64,000 nt of DNA, from sequence record SRR20825010_6612; one strand, given 5' to 3'. The position numbers were made by a program, and so were the translations under genes. The notes beneath the pieces were generated by a model, which saw only the letters and a program-made list of their open reading frames with translations, was not told the DNA's origin and searched no databases. Of the stretch, positions 37,022-45,890 are shown piece by piece. How positions within the stretch are numbered: position 1 is the stretch's first letter; every line of letters starts with the position of its first letter.

Positions 37022-38857
37022 TTAGTTGTTGTAATAGAAACGCTTCGATTTCTGGAACTTATCATTTCCTATACGAACAAAATAGATGCCAGCTTTTAAT
37101 GAAAGACCGTTAAACGTGTGCGTTACTGTCTGTCCAGTTGGTGTTTTTTGCGATGTAGCAATCACTCTTCCATCCATTCCGATTAAGTCTACCGACACAT
37201 CTCCTTCTCCATAAATTCCATCCAAAGCAACACTGATATCCGTTGGAGATGTCGTAAGCGTCATTTCAAGATTATCGTAGTATGGATTTTCACCCAATCC
37301 TGCTGAACCAGCTAAATTGAACGAGAAAACACGTGTTCTAAGTGCTCCACCATTTGACAAATACTCTCCTGTATGCCAAAACGTTTTTCCGTCTGGATCC
37401 AATGAAAGATGCGCATAATCACCATATCTATCAGTTACTGTTTGTGCACCTGCACCAGCAATAGCCACTTCTTCAGTAAACGTCATTTGTCCAAGAGGAT
37501 CAGATGCCAAACGTCCTGTGTATGCCAATCCTGGGAAGACTCCACCCGAAGCATTCGAAATAGTATACGCCATTCCAATATTTCCAAAATTATCCATTGC
37601 TGCACTACTCATCCAACGATCTGAACTATTTGGCGCATACGTTCCTGATTGATAAACAGACCAAGTACCATTGTTCGCATCTCTTAATTCATACCAACGA
37701 ACCGCAGATTTGTTAGAACCTAAGTCGACAGCATGCGTTAATACAATTGAATTATAAGTTGTCCAACGCATGTGCTGTGCACGATACATCAAAACTCCTT
37801 GAATTACGTCTAATTTTTGATTTGTTCCCGATTGAGCAATATTTGCAAATCCACCGGTAAACACTGCGTCAAAAGAAGGGACAGCGAGTTGCTGAGAAGA
37901 AACAACTTGCGAAGCACCTGGTGTTGTCCAGTTAGTTGTCATTTCATAAATTTCAATTTGATCTTGTGGCACTCCAAATTGGTTATCTTCCAAATTGAAG
38001 AAATAACAAGGTGTTCCATTCGGAGGAAGGTCACCATCAGCATCAGCAGGAAGCGGACTTCTAAATCCACTGCTTTGTAAGCTTGGTAAACTCAACGACA
38101 CCATTTGTGCACTTGGATTACCTGCCAACATCTGCGTTCTTTCAAAAACTACAGCTGTATGTTGCGAATTAGATGTCATATAATATCCATCCCACCAAAT
38201 AGAGTATTTTGGATAATCTGGGAATTGAGATAAATTGAACGTGTACGCGTAGTATGTTCCTGTTGGATCGTTCGTTGTTGAGATCGCGATCAAGATTTTT
38301 GCTGGACTATTGAACTGAGAGATAAACCATCTATCTGCATGTCTATCATACATTACGATAGGATCTCCAGCATTTTGCGACCCTGGCCACAGCGTACTTA
38401 AACTTTTACTTGTTGTTAACGCCGTTCCCGTTTTACTATAAACACGGTAAGTCGTATTTACGGCTTGTACATAATGGTTTGGTCCCGCAGCTCCAGATGG
38501 ATCTGGTGGATAACCTGAACCAGATTGAGCTTGAAAATTAACGATTGGTGCTCGATTCGGCACACTTCCAAATTCACTTTGAACCACCGGATCTGGAGTA
38601 TTGTCAACCAAGCCATCCAAGTACGCTTCTCTCTCAAAATCGTTTCTAATTTCTTTCGGATTTTTTAATGCATCTGGATCAACGTCATCCCATTCAGACA
38701 TTGGAGGTGTAACCCAAAAAGCACTTGGTTTTGAGGCTGTAACTGTTTGGCCTAAAGCATTTTTCATGACTACTTCCTCTGGAGAAGCATTCATTGTTTG
38801 AGCAGACGACATGGTTCCTACGGAAAGGAACAACGACGCGACGAGTAATTTTTTCAT
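37022..38857 (-). CDS. T9SS type A sorting-domain secreted protein with uncharacterised conserved domain
   Basis: Signal peptide; PPDPSGAAGPNHYVQAVN, GDPIVMYD, FPDYPK and RYGDY motifs; C-terminal GIYFVRI...SKRF CTD. Confidence 0.85.
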   Translation of the reverse strand: MKKLLVASLFLSVGTMSSAQTMNASPEEVVMKNALGQTVTASKPSAFWVTPPMSEWDDVDPDALKNPKEIRNDFEREAYLDGLVDNTPDPVVQSEFGSVPNRAPIVNFQAQSGSGYPPDPSGAAGPNHYVQAVNTTYRVYSKTGTALTTSKSLSTLWPGSQNAGDPIVMYDRHADRWFISQFNSPAKILIAISTTNDPTGTYYAYTFNLSQFPDYPKYSIWWDGYYMTSNSQHTAVVFERTQMLAGNPSAQMVSLSLPSLQSSGFRSPLPADADGDLPPNGTPCYFFNLEDNQFGVPQDQIEIYEMTTNWTTPGASQVVSSQQLAVPSFDAVFTGGFANIAQSGTNQKLDVIQGVLMYRAQHMRWTTYNSIVLTHAVDLGSNKSAVRWYELRDANNGTWSVYQSGTYAPNSSDRWMSSAAMDNFGNIGMAYTISNASGGVFPGLAYTGRLASDPLGQMTFTEEVAIAGAGAQTVTDRYGDYAHLSLDPDGKTFWHTGEYLSNGGALRTRVFSFNLAGSAGLGENPYYDNLEMTLTTSPTDISVALDGIYGEGDVSVDLIGMDGRVIATSQKTPTGQTVTHTFNGLSLKAGIYFVRIGNDKFQKSKRFYYNN

Positions 38858-38999
38858 AAGTTCTTCGTTTCGATCTAAATTTGTTCTAGCTAACTGGAAA
38901 GTTAACAAATTTTAAGAAGATATGAATCACCCTAAATAACAAAACATCTCACGAACCTTGAATTCTTACACCAAAATAGTTAGCCTAATTCCAGACGAA

Positions 39000-41900
39000 T
39001 CACATGTTTCTGCGGTATTGACCACCAACTTCAAACAATGCATCGGTAATTTGTCCAAGTGAGGCAAATTTCGAAGTTTCCATTAATCGTTCAAATAAAT
39101 TATCGTTCTGAATTGCTGCACGTTGCATTTCCTTTAACCCTTCTGCCGTTTTCTCAGAATTGCACTCTTGAAGATTCTTCAACATTTCAATCTGGTATTG
39201 TTTTTCGTCTTCTGTGGCTCTAACAACTTCTCTTGGAAGTACTGTTGGCGACCCTTTCGAACTCAAGAATGTGTTCACCCCAATGATTGGAAATTCTCCC
39301 GTGTGTTTCAACGTTTCGTAGTATAACGACTCTTCTTGAATCTTAGATCTTTGGTACATTGTTTCCATTGCTCCAAGTACGCCGCCACGCTCCGTAATTC
39401 GATCGAACTCAAGCAATACTGCTTCTTCTACCAAATCGGTTAATTCTTCAATTATGAACGATCCTTGTAACGGATTCTCGTTTTTCGCTAATCCAAGTTC
39501 TCTGTTGATAATCAACTGAATTGCCATCGCTCTACGCACTGACTCTTCCGTTGGAGTTGTAATCGCTTCGTCGTAAGCGTTTGTGTGCAGAGAGTTACAG
39601 TTGTCGTAAATCGCGTACAAAGCTTGTAAGGTAGTTCTGATATCGTTGAAATCAATTTCTTGTGCGTGCAGCGATCTTCCCGAAGTTTGAATATGGTATT
39701 TCAACATTTGAGCACGTGCATCCGCTCCGTACTTCTTCGCTAGTGCTTTTGCCCAAATTCTTCTTGCCACACGGCCAATCACTGCGTATTCAGGATCGAT
39801 TCCGTTGGAGAAGAAGAAGGATAAGTTCGGTCCGAAATCATTGATGTCCATTCCACGACTCAAATAGTATTCTACATAAGTGAATCCGTTAGACAAAGTA
39901 AATGCCAACTGTGTAAGTGGATTTGCTCCGGCTTCTGCAATGTGATAACCAGAGATCGAAACCGAATAGAAGTTTCTAACTCCATTATTAATAAAGTATT
40001 CCTGAACGTCTCCCATCAATCGAAGGGCAAATTCAGTAGAGAAAATACACGTGTTTTGGGCTTGATCTTCTTTTAAAATATCCGCTTGAACCGTTCCACG
40101 CACTTGCGTGAGTGTTTTTGCCTTAATTTGAGCGTACACGTCAGCAGGTAAAACTAAATCACCCGTAACTCCAAGAAGCATTAATCCAAGACCATCGTTT
40201 CCTTCTGGCAAGTCACCTTGATAACTTGGACGTGTTTTTCCGTATTTCTTGTAGATGGAAACAATTTTCGCTTCCACCTCTTTTTCTAATCCATTTTCTT
40301 TGATGTACTTTTCACAGTTCTGATCGATGGCTGCGTTCATAAAGAAACCTAGCAACATCGGCGCTGGTCCGTTAATCGTCATAGAAACAGACGTTTTCGG
40401 GTCAGAAAGATCAAATCCTGAGTACAATTTCTTGGCATCATCTAAACAACAAATCGATACACCAGAGTTTCCAATTTTACCGTAAATATCAGGACGTAAA
40501 TTTGGATCATTTCCGTAAAGCGTCACCGAATCGAATGCCGTAGACAATCGTTTTGCTGGCATTCCCAAACTCACGTAGTGAAAACGCTTGTTTGTTCGTT
40601 CTGGACCACCTTCTCCGGCAAACATTCTCGTTGGATCCTCCCCTTCTCGTTTGAATGGGAACAATCCAGAAGTATATGGAAATTCTCCTGGCACATTTTC
40701 TTGCAGCGACCAGCGAAGAATATCTCCCCAACCAATGTATTTCGGCGTTGCAACCTTTGGAATTTGTGAATGAGAAAGTGATTCTGTGTGCGTTTGAATC
40801 GACAGTATTTTATCTCTTACTTGGAATTTAAACTCTGGATCTTTGTACAATTTCTTTTTTGCTTCCCACTCTTGGAGCAGAATCCAGTTTTTTGGATCGA
40901 AATTCAACTTCTCATTTTCGAACGCCTCTTCCAAGCCTTTCACTAAACGATCTTTGTCTTCAATGTTAGAATCCTTAATGGATTCAATCGAAGTGTGATA
41001 TCCGTTCAGTTTTGTCGCCACTTCCACTTGCTGATTTACCCAGCGATCATACGCTCTGTTGCTTTCAGAAATTTCTGACAAATAACGTGTGCGATCTGGT
41101 GGAATAACGAAAATTTTCTCCGACATCTCATCCGTGATGGTAAATGTCGACTCTAGTTTTGTCCCTGTTTTCGCTACCAATTTATCCATGATCACCTTAT
41201 ACAAAGTGTTCATTCCAGGATCATTGAATTGAGAAGCAATTGTTCCAAATACAGGCATGGAATCTACCGCTTCTTCCCATAAATTATGGTTTCGCTGATA
41301 TTGTTTTCTAACGTCACGAAGTGCATCTAGCGCACCACGCTTATCGAATTTATTGAGTGCGATTACGTCCGCAAAATCCAACATATCGATTTTCTCTAAT
41401 TGCGTTGCCGCTCCATATTCTGGTGTCATTACGTACAATGACATATCAGAGTGATCCAAAATCTCCGTATCCGACTGACCAATTCCAGATGTTTCAAGGA
41501 TAATTAGATCATATTCCGCTGCTTTAAGAACATTAATCGCCTCAGCGACGTGCTTACTCAGTGCTAGGTTTGATTGTCGCGTAGCTAATGAACGCATATA
41601 TACACGATCGCTTTTGATCGAGTTCATTCTAATTCTATCTCCAAGCAATGCTCCACCTGTCTTTCTTTTCGAAGGATCGACAGAAACAACAGCAATCATT
41701 TTATCTTTGAAATCAATCAAAAACCTACGTACAAGCTCATCGACTAAAGACGATTTTCCTGAACCACCTGTCCCCGTTATTCCGAGTACAGGAACATCCA
41801 CTTGAGCAGCCAATTCCTCCACACGTTGGATAAGCTCCTTTGATTCCTCTGGGAAATTCTCCGCTGCAGAAATTATGCGCGCAATATTTTTTGGATTTTT

Positions 41901-42380
41901 TGATTTCAAATCATCCTCTTCTCCGTTTAATTCATCTCCAACGGAAAAATCGCAGCGTTGAATTAAATCATTGATCATTCCTTGCAATCCCATAGAACGG
42001 CCATCGTCTGGATGATAAATGCGCTCAATTCCGTAATTCTGTAATTCTTCGATCTCCGAAGGAAGGATAGTTCCGCCGCCACCGCCAAATACTTTGATCT
42101 GTGGAGCGCCTTTCTCTTTCAATAAATCATACATGTACTTAAAGTACTCCATGTGTCCACCCTGGTAAGACGTCATCGCAATCGCTTGCGCATCTTCCTG
42201 AATCGCACAGTTCACCACTTCCTCCACCGAACGATCATGACCTAAATGAATCACCTCACAACCAGTTGATTGGATAATTCTTCGCATGATATTAATCGCC
42301 GCGTCATGACCATCAAAGAGCGATGCTGCCGTTACGATTCGTACTTTATTGATGGGTTTATACGGTTCTACTTTTTCCAT
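39000..42380 (-). CDS. icmF: Fused isobutyryl-CoA mutase: B12-binding domain + MeaB-like GTPase + mutase barrel
   Basis: FDGHD B12 His motif, [10 protein letters not shown]-loop, [12 protein letters not shown] (Phe specificity residue), [12 protein letters not shown]. Confidence 0.95.
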   Translation of the reverse strand: MEKVEPYKPINKVRIVTAASLFDGHDAAINIMRRIIQSTGCEVIHLGHDRSVEEVVNCAIQEDAQAIAMTSYQGGHMEYFKYMYDLLKEKGAPQIKVFGGGGGTILPSEIEELQNYGIERIYHPDDGRSMGLQGMINDLIQRCDFSVGDELNGEEDDLKSKNPKNIARIISAAENFPEESKELIQRVEELAAQVDVPVLGITGTGGSGKSSLVDELVRRFLIDFKDKMIAVVSVDPSKRKTGGALLGDRIRMNSIKSDRVYMRSLATRQSNLALSKHVAEAINVLKAAEYDLIILETSGIGQSDTEILDHSDMSLYVMTPEYGAATQLEKIDMLDFADVIALNKFDKRGALDALRDVRKQYQRNHNLWEEAVDSMPVFGTIASQFNDPGMNTLYKVIMDKLVAKTGTKLESTFTITDEMSEKIFVIPPDRTRYLSEISESNRAYDRWVNQQVEVATKLNGYHTSIESIKDSNIEDKDRLVKGLEEAFENEKLNFDPKNWILLQEWEAKKKLYKDPEFKFQVRDKILSIQTHTESLSHSQIPKVATPKYIGWGDILRWSLQENVPGEFPYTSGLFPFKREGEDPTRMFAGEGGPERTNKRFHYVSLGMPAKRLSTAFDSVTLYGNDPNLRPDIYGKIGNSGVSICCLDDAKKLYSGFDLSDPKTSVSMTINGPAPMLLGFFMNAAIDQNCEKYIKENGLEKEVEAKIVSIYKKYGKTRPSYQGDLPEGNDGLGLMLLGVTGDLVLPADVYAQIKAKTLTQVRGTVQADILKEDQAQNTCIFSTEFALRLMGDVQEYFINNGVRNFYSVSISGYHIAEAGANPLTQLAFTLSNGFTYVEYYLSRGMDINDFGPNLSFFFSNGIDPEYAVIGRVARRIWAKALAKKYGADARAQMLKYHIQTSGRSLHAQEIDFNDIRTTLQALYAIYDNCNSLHTNAYDEAITTPTEESVRRAMAIQLIINRELGLAKNENPLQGSFIIEELTDLVEEAVLLEFDRITERGGVLGAMETMYQRSKIQEESLYYETLKHTGEFPIIGVNTFLSSKGSPTVLPREVVRATEDEKQYQIEMLKNLQECNSEKTAEGLKEMQRAAIQNDNLFERLMETSKFASLGQITDALFEVGGQYRRNM

Positions 42381-42601
42381 GTATCTTGTATTTTGAGGCC
42401 GTTTAAAGGGCGCGTAAAATTAGGAAAATTGCGGTTAAAATGGAAGTGAAATCGGGTTGGATTGAAATTGGGCTTGTACTACATTGGTTTTTCTAACAAA
42501 GGATTTGCTGTTTGTCATTTGAACGAATTGTCAGAAAATAAAAGTTTAGAATTGCGCGCAATCTTTCAAAAGTTCTGATAACCTGTTGTAAAACCCATTC
42601 A

Positions 42602-42626
42602 AATGTAATAACTTTGTAATTACATT
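42602..42626 (+). promoter_or_regulatory. TA-operon promoter (-7 box TAACTTTG) overlapped by a palindromic operator
   Basis: aatgtaat...attacatt inverted repeat, perfect palindrome tgtaattaca (42615-42624) and TAnnTTTG at 42609-42616. Confidence 0.7.
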
Positions 42627-42635
42627 ATTTCAACC

Positions 42636-42881
42636 ATGGAACTATCAATCATTAAAATAGGAAACTCAAAAGGGCTGCGACTCACCAAGGCTATCCTTGA
42701 ACGATACAATATCACGGATAAAGTAGAACTCATTTTTGAGAAGGAACAAATTATTCTTAAACCTGTTGCTGAACCGCGAAAAGGTTGGGACAAAGCGTTT
42801 AAGAAAATGCATAATCAAGGAGAAGACCAGTTATTGATGAATGACGTTTTTGAGGACGAAAACTTCGACGAATGGAGCTAA
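42636..42881 (+). CDS. mazE: AbrB/MazE-family antitoxin
   Basis: IIKIGNSKGLRL swapped-hairpin motif, PRKGW and acidic C-terminus; overlaps the toxin gene. Confidence 0.9.
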   Translation: MELSIIKIGNSKGLRLTKAILERYNITDKVELIFEKEQIILKPVAEPRKGWDKAFKKMHNQGEDQLLMNDVFEDENFDEWS

Positions 42882-43195
42882 ACCAATACGAGATTGTTTT
42901 GGTGAATTTAGAACCAACACTCGGCGTTGAAATCAATAAAACAAGACCTTGCGTGATTATTTCACCAAATGAAATAAACAAAAACTTGCGAACGGTTACT
43001 ATAGCACCGATGACCACGAAAAGTCATAAATACCCAACACGGATCAAAATAACACACAACAATCAAGTTGGATGGGTAGTCATAGATCAAATAAGGACAA
43101 TTGACAAGCAACGAATAATTAAGTCTTTTGGACTTTTGTCTACTGAAGAAATAGAAGCGTGTAAAAAGGTAATTAAAGAAACATTTGTGGATTAG
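42872..43195 (+). CDS. mazF: PemK/MazF-family endoribonuclease toxin
   Basis: VNLEPT.G.EINKTRPCVIIS, IAPMTT and DQIRTIDKQRI motifs. Confidence 0.93.
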   Translation: MELNQYEIVLVNLEPTLGVEINKTRPCVIISPNEINKNLRTVTIAPMTTKSHKYPTRIKITHNNQVGWVVIDQIRTIDKQRIIKSFGLLSTEEIEACKKVIKETFVD

Positions 43196-43196
43196 T

Positions 43197-43898
43197 ATGA
43201 CACTAAACTCTGAACAATTTCCTTTGACAAAACATCGCTTGAAATCTAAACTATTTAAGCGAATTGGAATTAGTGCAGGAATTCTTGTAGTTCTTTGGTT
43301 TTTTCTAAGAATTACGGGAATGGTACAGTTTTATAACATTCCAACGGATGGGAATTCGCCGAGCATAAATTATGGTGATCGCATTTTCGCTACCAATTTG
43401 AAAAGTCACGAACGCTTAGATTTCGTTTGCTACAATTTTTCCGACCCACGATTTCCTCCTCCGTCAGTTTGGGTAAGAAGAATTTGCGGGCTACCTGGTG
43501 ATACCGTTCAACTTATAGACGGTGTTTTATTTGTCAATGGAAAAAATATCGACAGCCACATCTCCATAAAACATAATTACATAGTCGACCAAGCAACGTC
43601 GAATAAATTAAAAAACGATGGAAACTGGCCACTTTTCGATAACGAAACTGGTTTAATTCAATTACCTATTGATGATAAGGTCGCTAATTCTCAAACAAAC
43701 GCGAAACGATTCATCGACAATAAAAGAGGGGTCGTTCACAAAAGCTTCAATCAATCATGGACGATGGACAATTTCGGTCCACTCGTAGTACCAAAAGATC
43801 AGTTGTTTTTATTAGGAGACAATAGACATAACACTGTAGATTCTAGAATTAACGGACTGACCGCTGAAAAAGATGTTGTTGGAGTTGTTATTAAGTAG
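43197..43898 (+). CDS. Signal peptidase I (S26) homologue with non-canonical catalytic boxes
   Basis: One TM helix; GDRIF, RICGLPGDTV, NFGPLVVP and LGDNRHN..DSR motifs. Box B reads IPTDGN and box D reads WVRR. Confidence 0.85.
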   Translation: MTLNSEQFPLTKHRLKSKLFKRIGISAGILVVLWFFLRITGMVQFYNIPTDGNSPSINYGDRIFATNLKSHERLDFVCYNFSDPRFPPPSVWVRRICGLPGDTVQLIDGVLFVNGKNIDSHISIKHNYIVDQATSNKLKNDGNWPLFDNETGLIQLPIDDKVANSQTNAKRFIDNKRGVVHKSFNQSWTMDNFGPLVVPKDQLFLLGDNRHNTVDSRINGLTAEKDVVGVVIK

Positions 43899-43969
43899 TT
43901 TCTTCTGAGAGGAAAGAATCTAAAATCAATCTTGTATCTTCATCCTACTATTTGTACAACTTCACATTC

Positions 43970-44530
43970 TTGATAAAGCGATTCCATATTATTTACGTCT
44001 GTTACTGGCTAATTATTCCACTGAACTACTTCACCTCTAATCATTTGGTATTCGTGGTTCTCACGATTGTCTTTATGACTCTATTTGTCATCCAATTTCG
44101 GGCGGATAAAAAAGAAGTTCACGATGCTTTGAATTACGCACGGGTGAATACTCCCATTTGGAAAAAACTAATAGTGATTTCAGTAATAGCCATTTTCTTT
44201 CTTAGCTTCATCGATTTTAGTGAGATTCTAACGATAAAAAAAGTTGATGGAATTGGTCAATTGTACTTCTGTCTGTGTTCTATCTTTCTTATTTTTGAAA
44301 GTGAACATAAAAACTATATCCATTCGATACGGTCATTCAAAAACGGGTTAAAACTACCCGGAAGAAATGCAACTTTGACTCCTTGGCAAGATGTTCAAAG
44401 GATCTATCTTCATGATCAAAAAGTAGATGTTTTACTCCAAAACGATTTAAAGACAATGCTCATTGACAAACGAGACATGGATGAGATATCTGAAATTATC
44501 GCTACTTGGAATGAGAAAAGACATGGTTGA
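43970..44530 (+). CDS. Hypothetical multi-TM membrane protein (paralogue 1)
   Basis: About 4 hydrophobic segments plus a soluble C-terminus. TTG start at 43970 chosen by alignment with paralogue 2 (ORF track starts at 43952). Confidence 0.75.
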   Translation: MIKRFHIIYVCYWLIIPLNYFTSNHLVFVVLTIVFMTLFVIQFRADKKEVHDALNYARVNTPIWKKLIVISVIAIFFLSFIDFSEILTIKKVDGIGQLYFCLCSIFLIFESEHKNYIHSIRSFKNGLKLPGRNATLTPWQDVQRIYLHDQKVDVLLQNDLKTMLIDKRDMDEISEIIATWNEKRHG

Positions 44531-44606
44531 ACTAATTCGATTTCAAATTAAAACAATATCTTCATACACCTAGTTAACTAAATTTCATATTCAACAAATT
44601 AAACTC

Positions 44607-45167
44607 TTGATCACACGAATTCGCATCATTTCAGTAACCTATCTAGTAATGTTAGCATTGAGTTGGTTAACATCGAATCACCTCATTTTTATACTCCCAA
44701 CGATTGCGATTCTTTACCTTGGCTTTAAACAATTCACTATTGACAGGGAACATTATAAAGGAATGCTCAATTCTGCGCGTAAAGATGTTCCAGTTTGGCG
44801 AACCCTTCTTTCAATAGCTCTATTCTTTGTTTTTATTTGTGTCCCATTTCCAACGTTCAACATGGAAGGATCTCAACATTTCTACCTCATCATGGCTATC
44901 CCCGGACTTTTCATGGGTGCGTATTATCAGAAGTACACTCACTCTCTTCGATCTTTTCCTGAAGGCATAAAACTCCCTGGGAAAAATGCGGTTCTAATTC
45001 CTTGGAAGAACATTAATGAAATCAATGTAGTTGAAGAAACCGTTGATCTAAAGTTCATCGACGATACAGAAACCATCGAAATAGACCGAAGAGATATGAA
45101 AGAAATTGCTCTGATCGTGGAGACATGGAAAAACAGCCAAGATTATGGAAATAATCACATAAACTAG
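44607..45167 (+). CDS. Hypothetical multi-TM membrane protein (paralogue 2)
   Basis: Shares TSNHL, HS.RSF..G.KLPG.NA.L.PW and ID.RDM.EI motifs with the upstream ORF. Confidence 0.75.
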   Translation: MITRIRIISVTYLVMLALSWLTSNHLIFILPTIAILYLGFKQFTIDREHYKGMLNSARKDVPVWRTLLSIALFFVFICVPFPTFNMEGSQHFYLIMAIPGLFMGAYYQKYTHSLRSFPEGIKLPGKNAVLIPWKNINEINVVEETVDLKFIDDTETIEIDRRDMKEIALIVETWKNSQDYGNNHIN

Positions 45168-45229
45168 AATTCACTAAAACGATTAGGCTTATTTTATTTA
45201 AACTTTCAATCAGATTTTACTAACGCAAA

Positions 45230-45814
45230 ATGATTTTAAGAACGATCAATCGTACTCCTTTTCTGAAAAGAACAATTTCTCCCTTCCATCAAAAGTGGAT
45301 AAAAGCCAAAGTTGCTCAATTCAGCGACTTTATCAGTTCAGATCACAAAATTCTTGATCTTGGTAGCGGAAATTGTCTTGTAACTCAATACCTCATCGAG
45401 AAAGGCTATAACGTTGTTCCGATTGACGTCTGTGACTTATCCGTAATAGAAAATATCCGTCCGTTCGTCTACGATGGAATAACGTTGCCTTTTGTCGCTG
45501 ATTCTTTTGACAGCGTGTTACTTCTCACCGTTTTACATCATACCGATGATCCCACGAAGGTGATTACTGAATCGAAACGGGTGGCAAAACAAATTATCAT
45601 TATTGAAGACACTTACAGAAATCAACTTCAAAAAATAGCTACTCAGTCCGTCGATTTACTTGTAAACCTAGGACACTCAAAAATGACGTATCAAAACAAG
45701 TCTGAAAAAGACTGGGAAGACCTATTTGAAGAATTAGAACTTCGAATAGTGTCCAAGCGGAGAAAACGAACATTGGTCTTCTTTCGTCAGACAACCTATC
45801 AGTTGGAAAAATGA
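45230..45814 (+). CDS. Class I SAM-dependent methyltransferase
   Basis: ILDLGSGN motif I, LPF..DSFD, VLHH. Confidence 0.9.
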   Translation: MILRTINRTPFLKRTISPFHQKWIKAKVAQFSDFISSDHKILDLGSGNCLVTQYLIEKGYNVVPIDVCDLSVIENIRPFVYDGITLPFVADSFDSVLLLTVLHHTDDPTKVITESKRVAKQIIIIEDTYRNQLQKIATQSVDLLVNLGHSKMTYQNKSEKDWEDLFEELELRIVSKRRKRTLVFFRQTTYQLEK

Positions 45815-45890
45815 ATGTGTGGTGAAATTTGGTTTCTGTATTATGAGAAAGCAGACTAAAAAAACGTATGATTTCTCTTATATTTCGACC

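Noticed and set aside
42381-42600. Cobalamin riboswitch upstream of B12-dependent icmF
   Set aside because: I could not find the conserved B12-box elements (GGGAA, GCCACTG) in the right arrangement on the minus strand. An Infernal/Rfam scan would be decisive.
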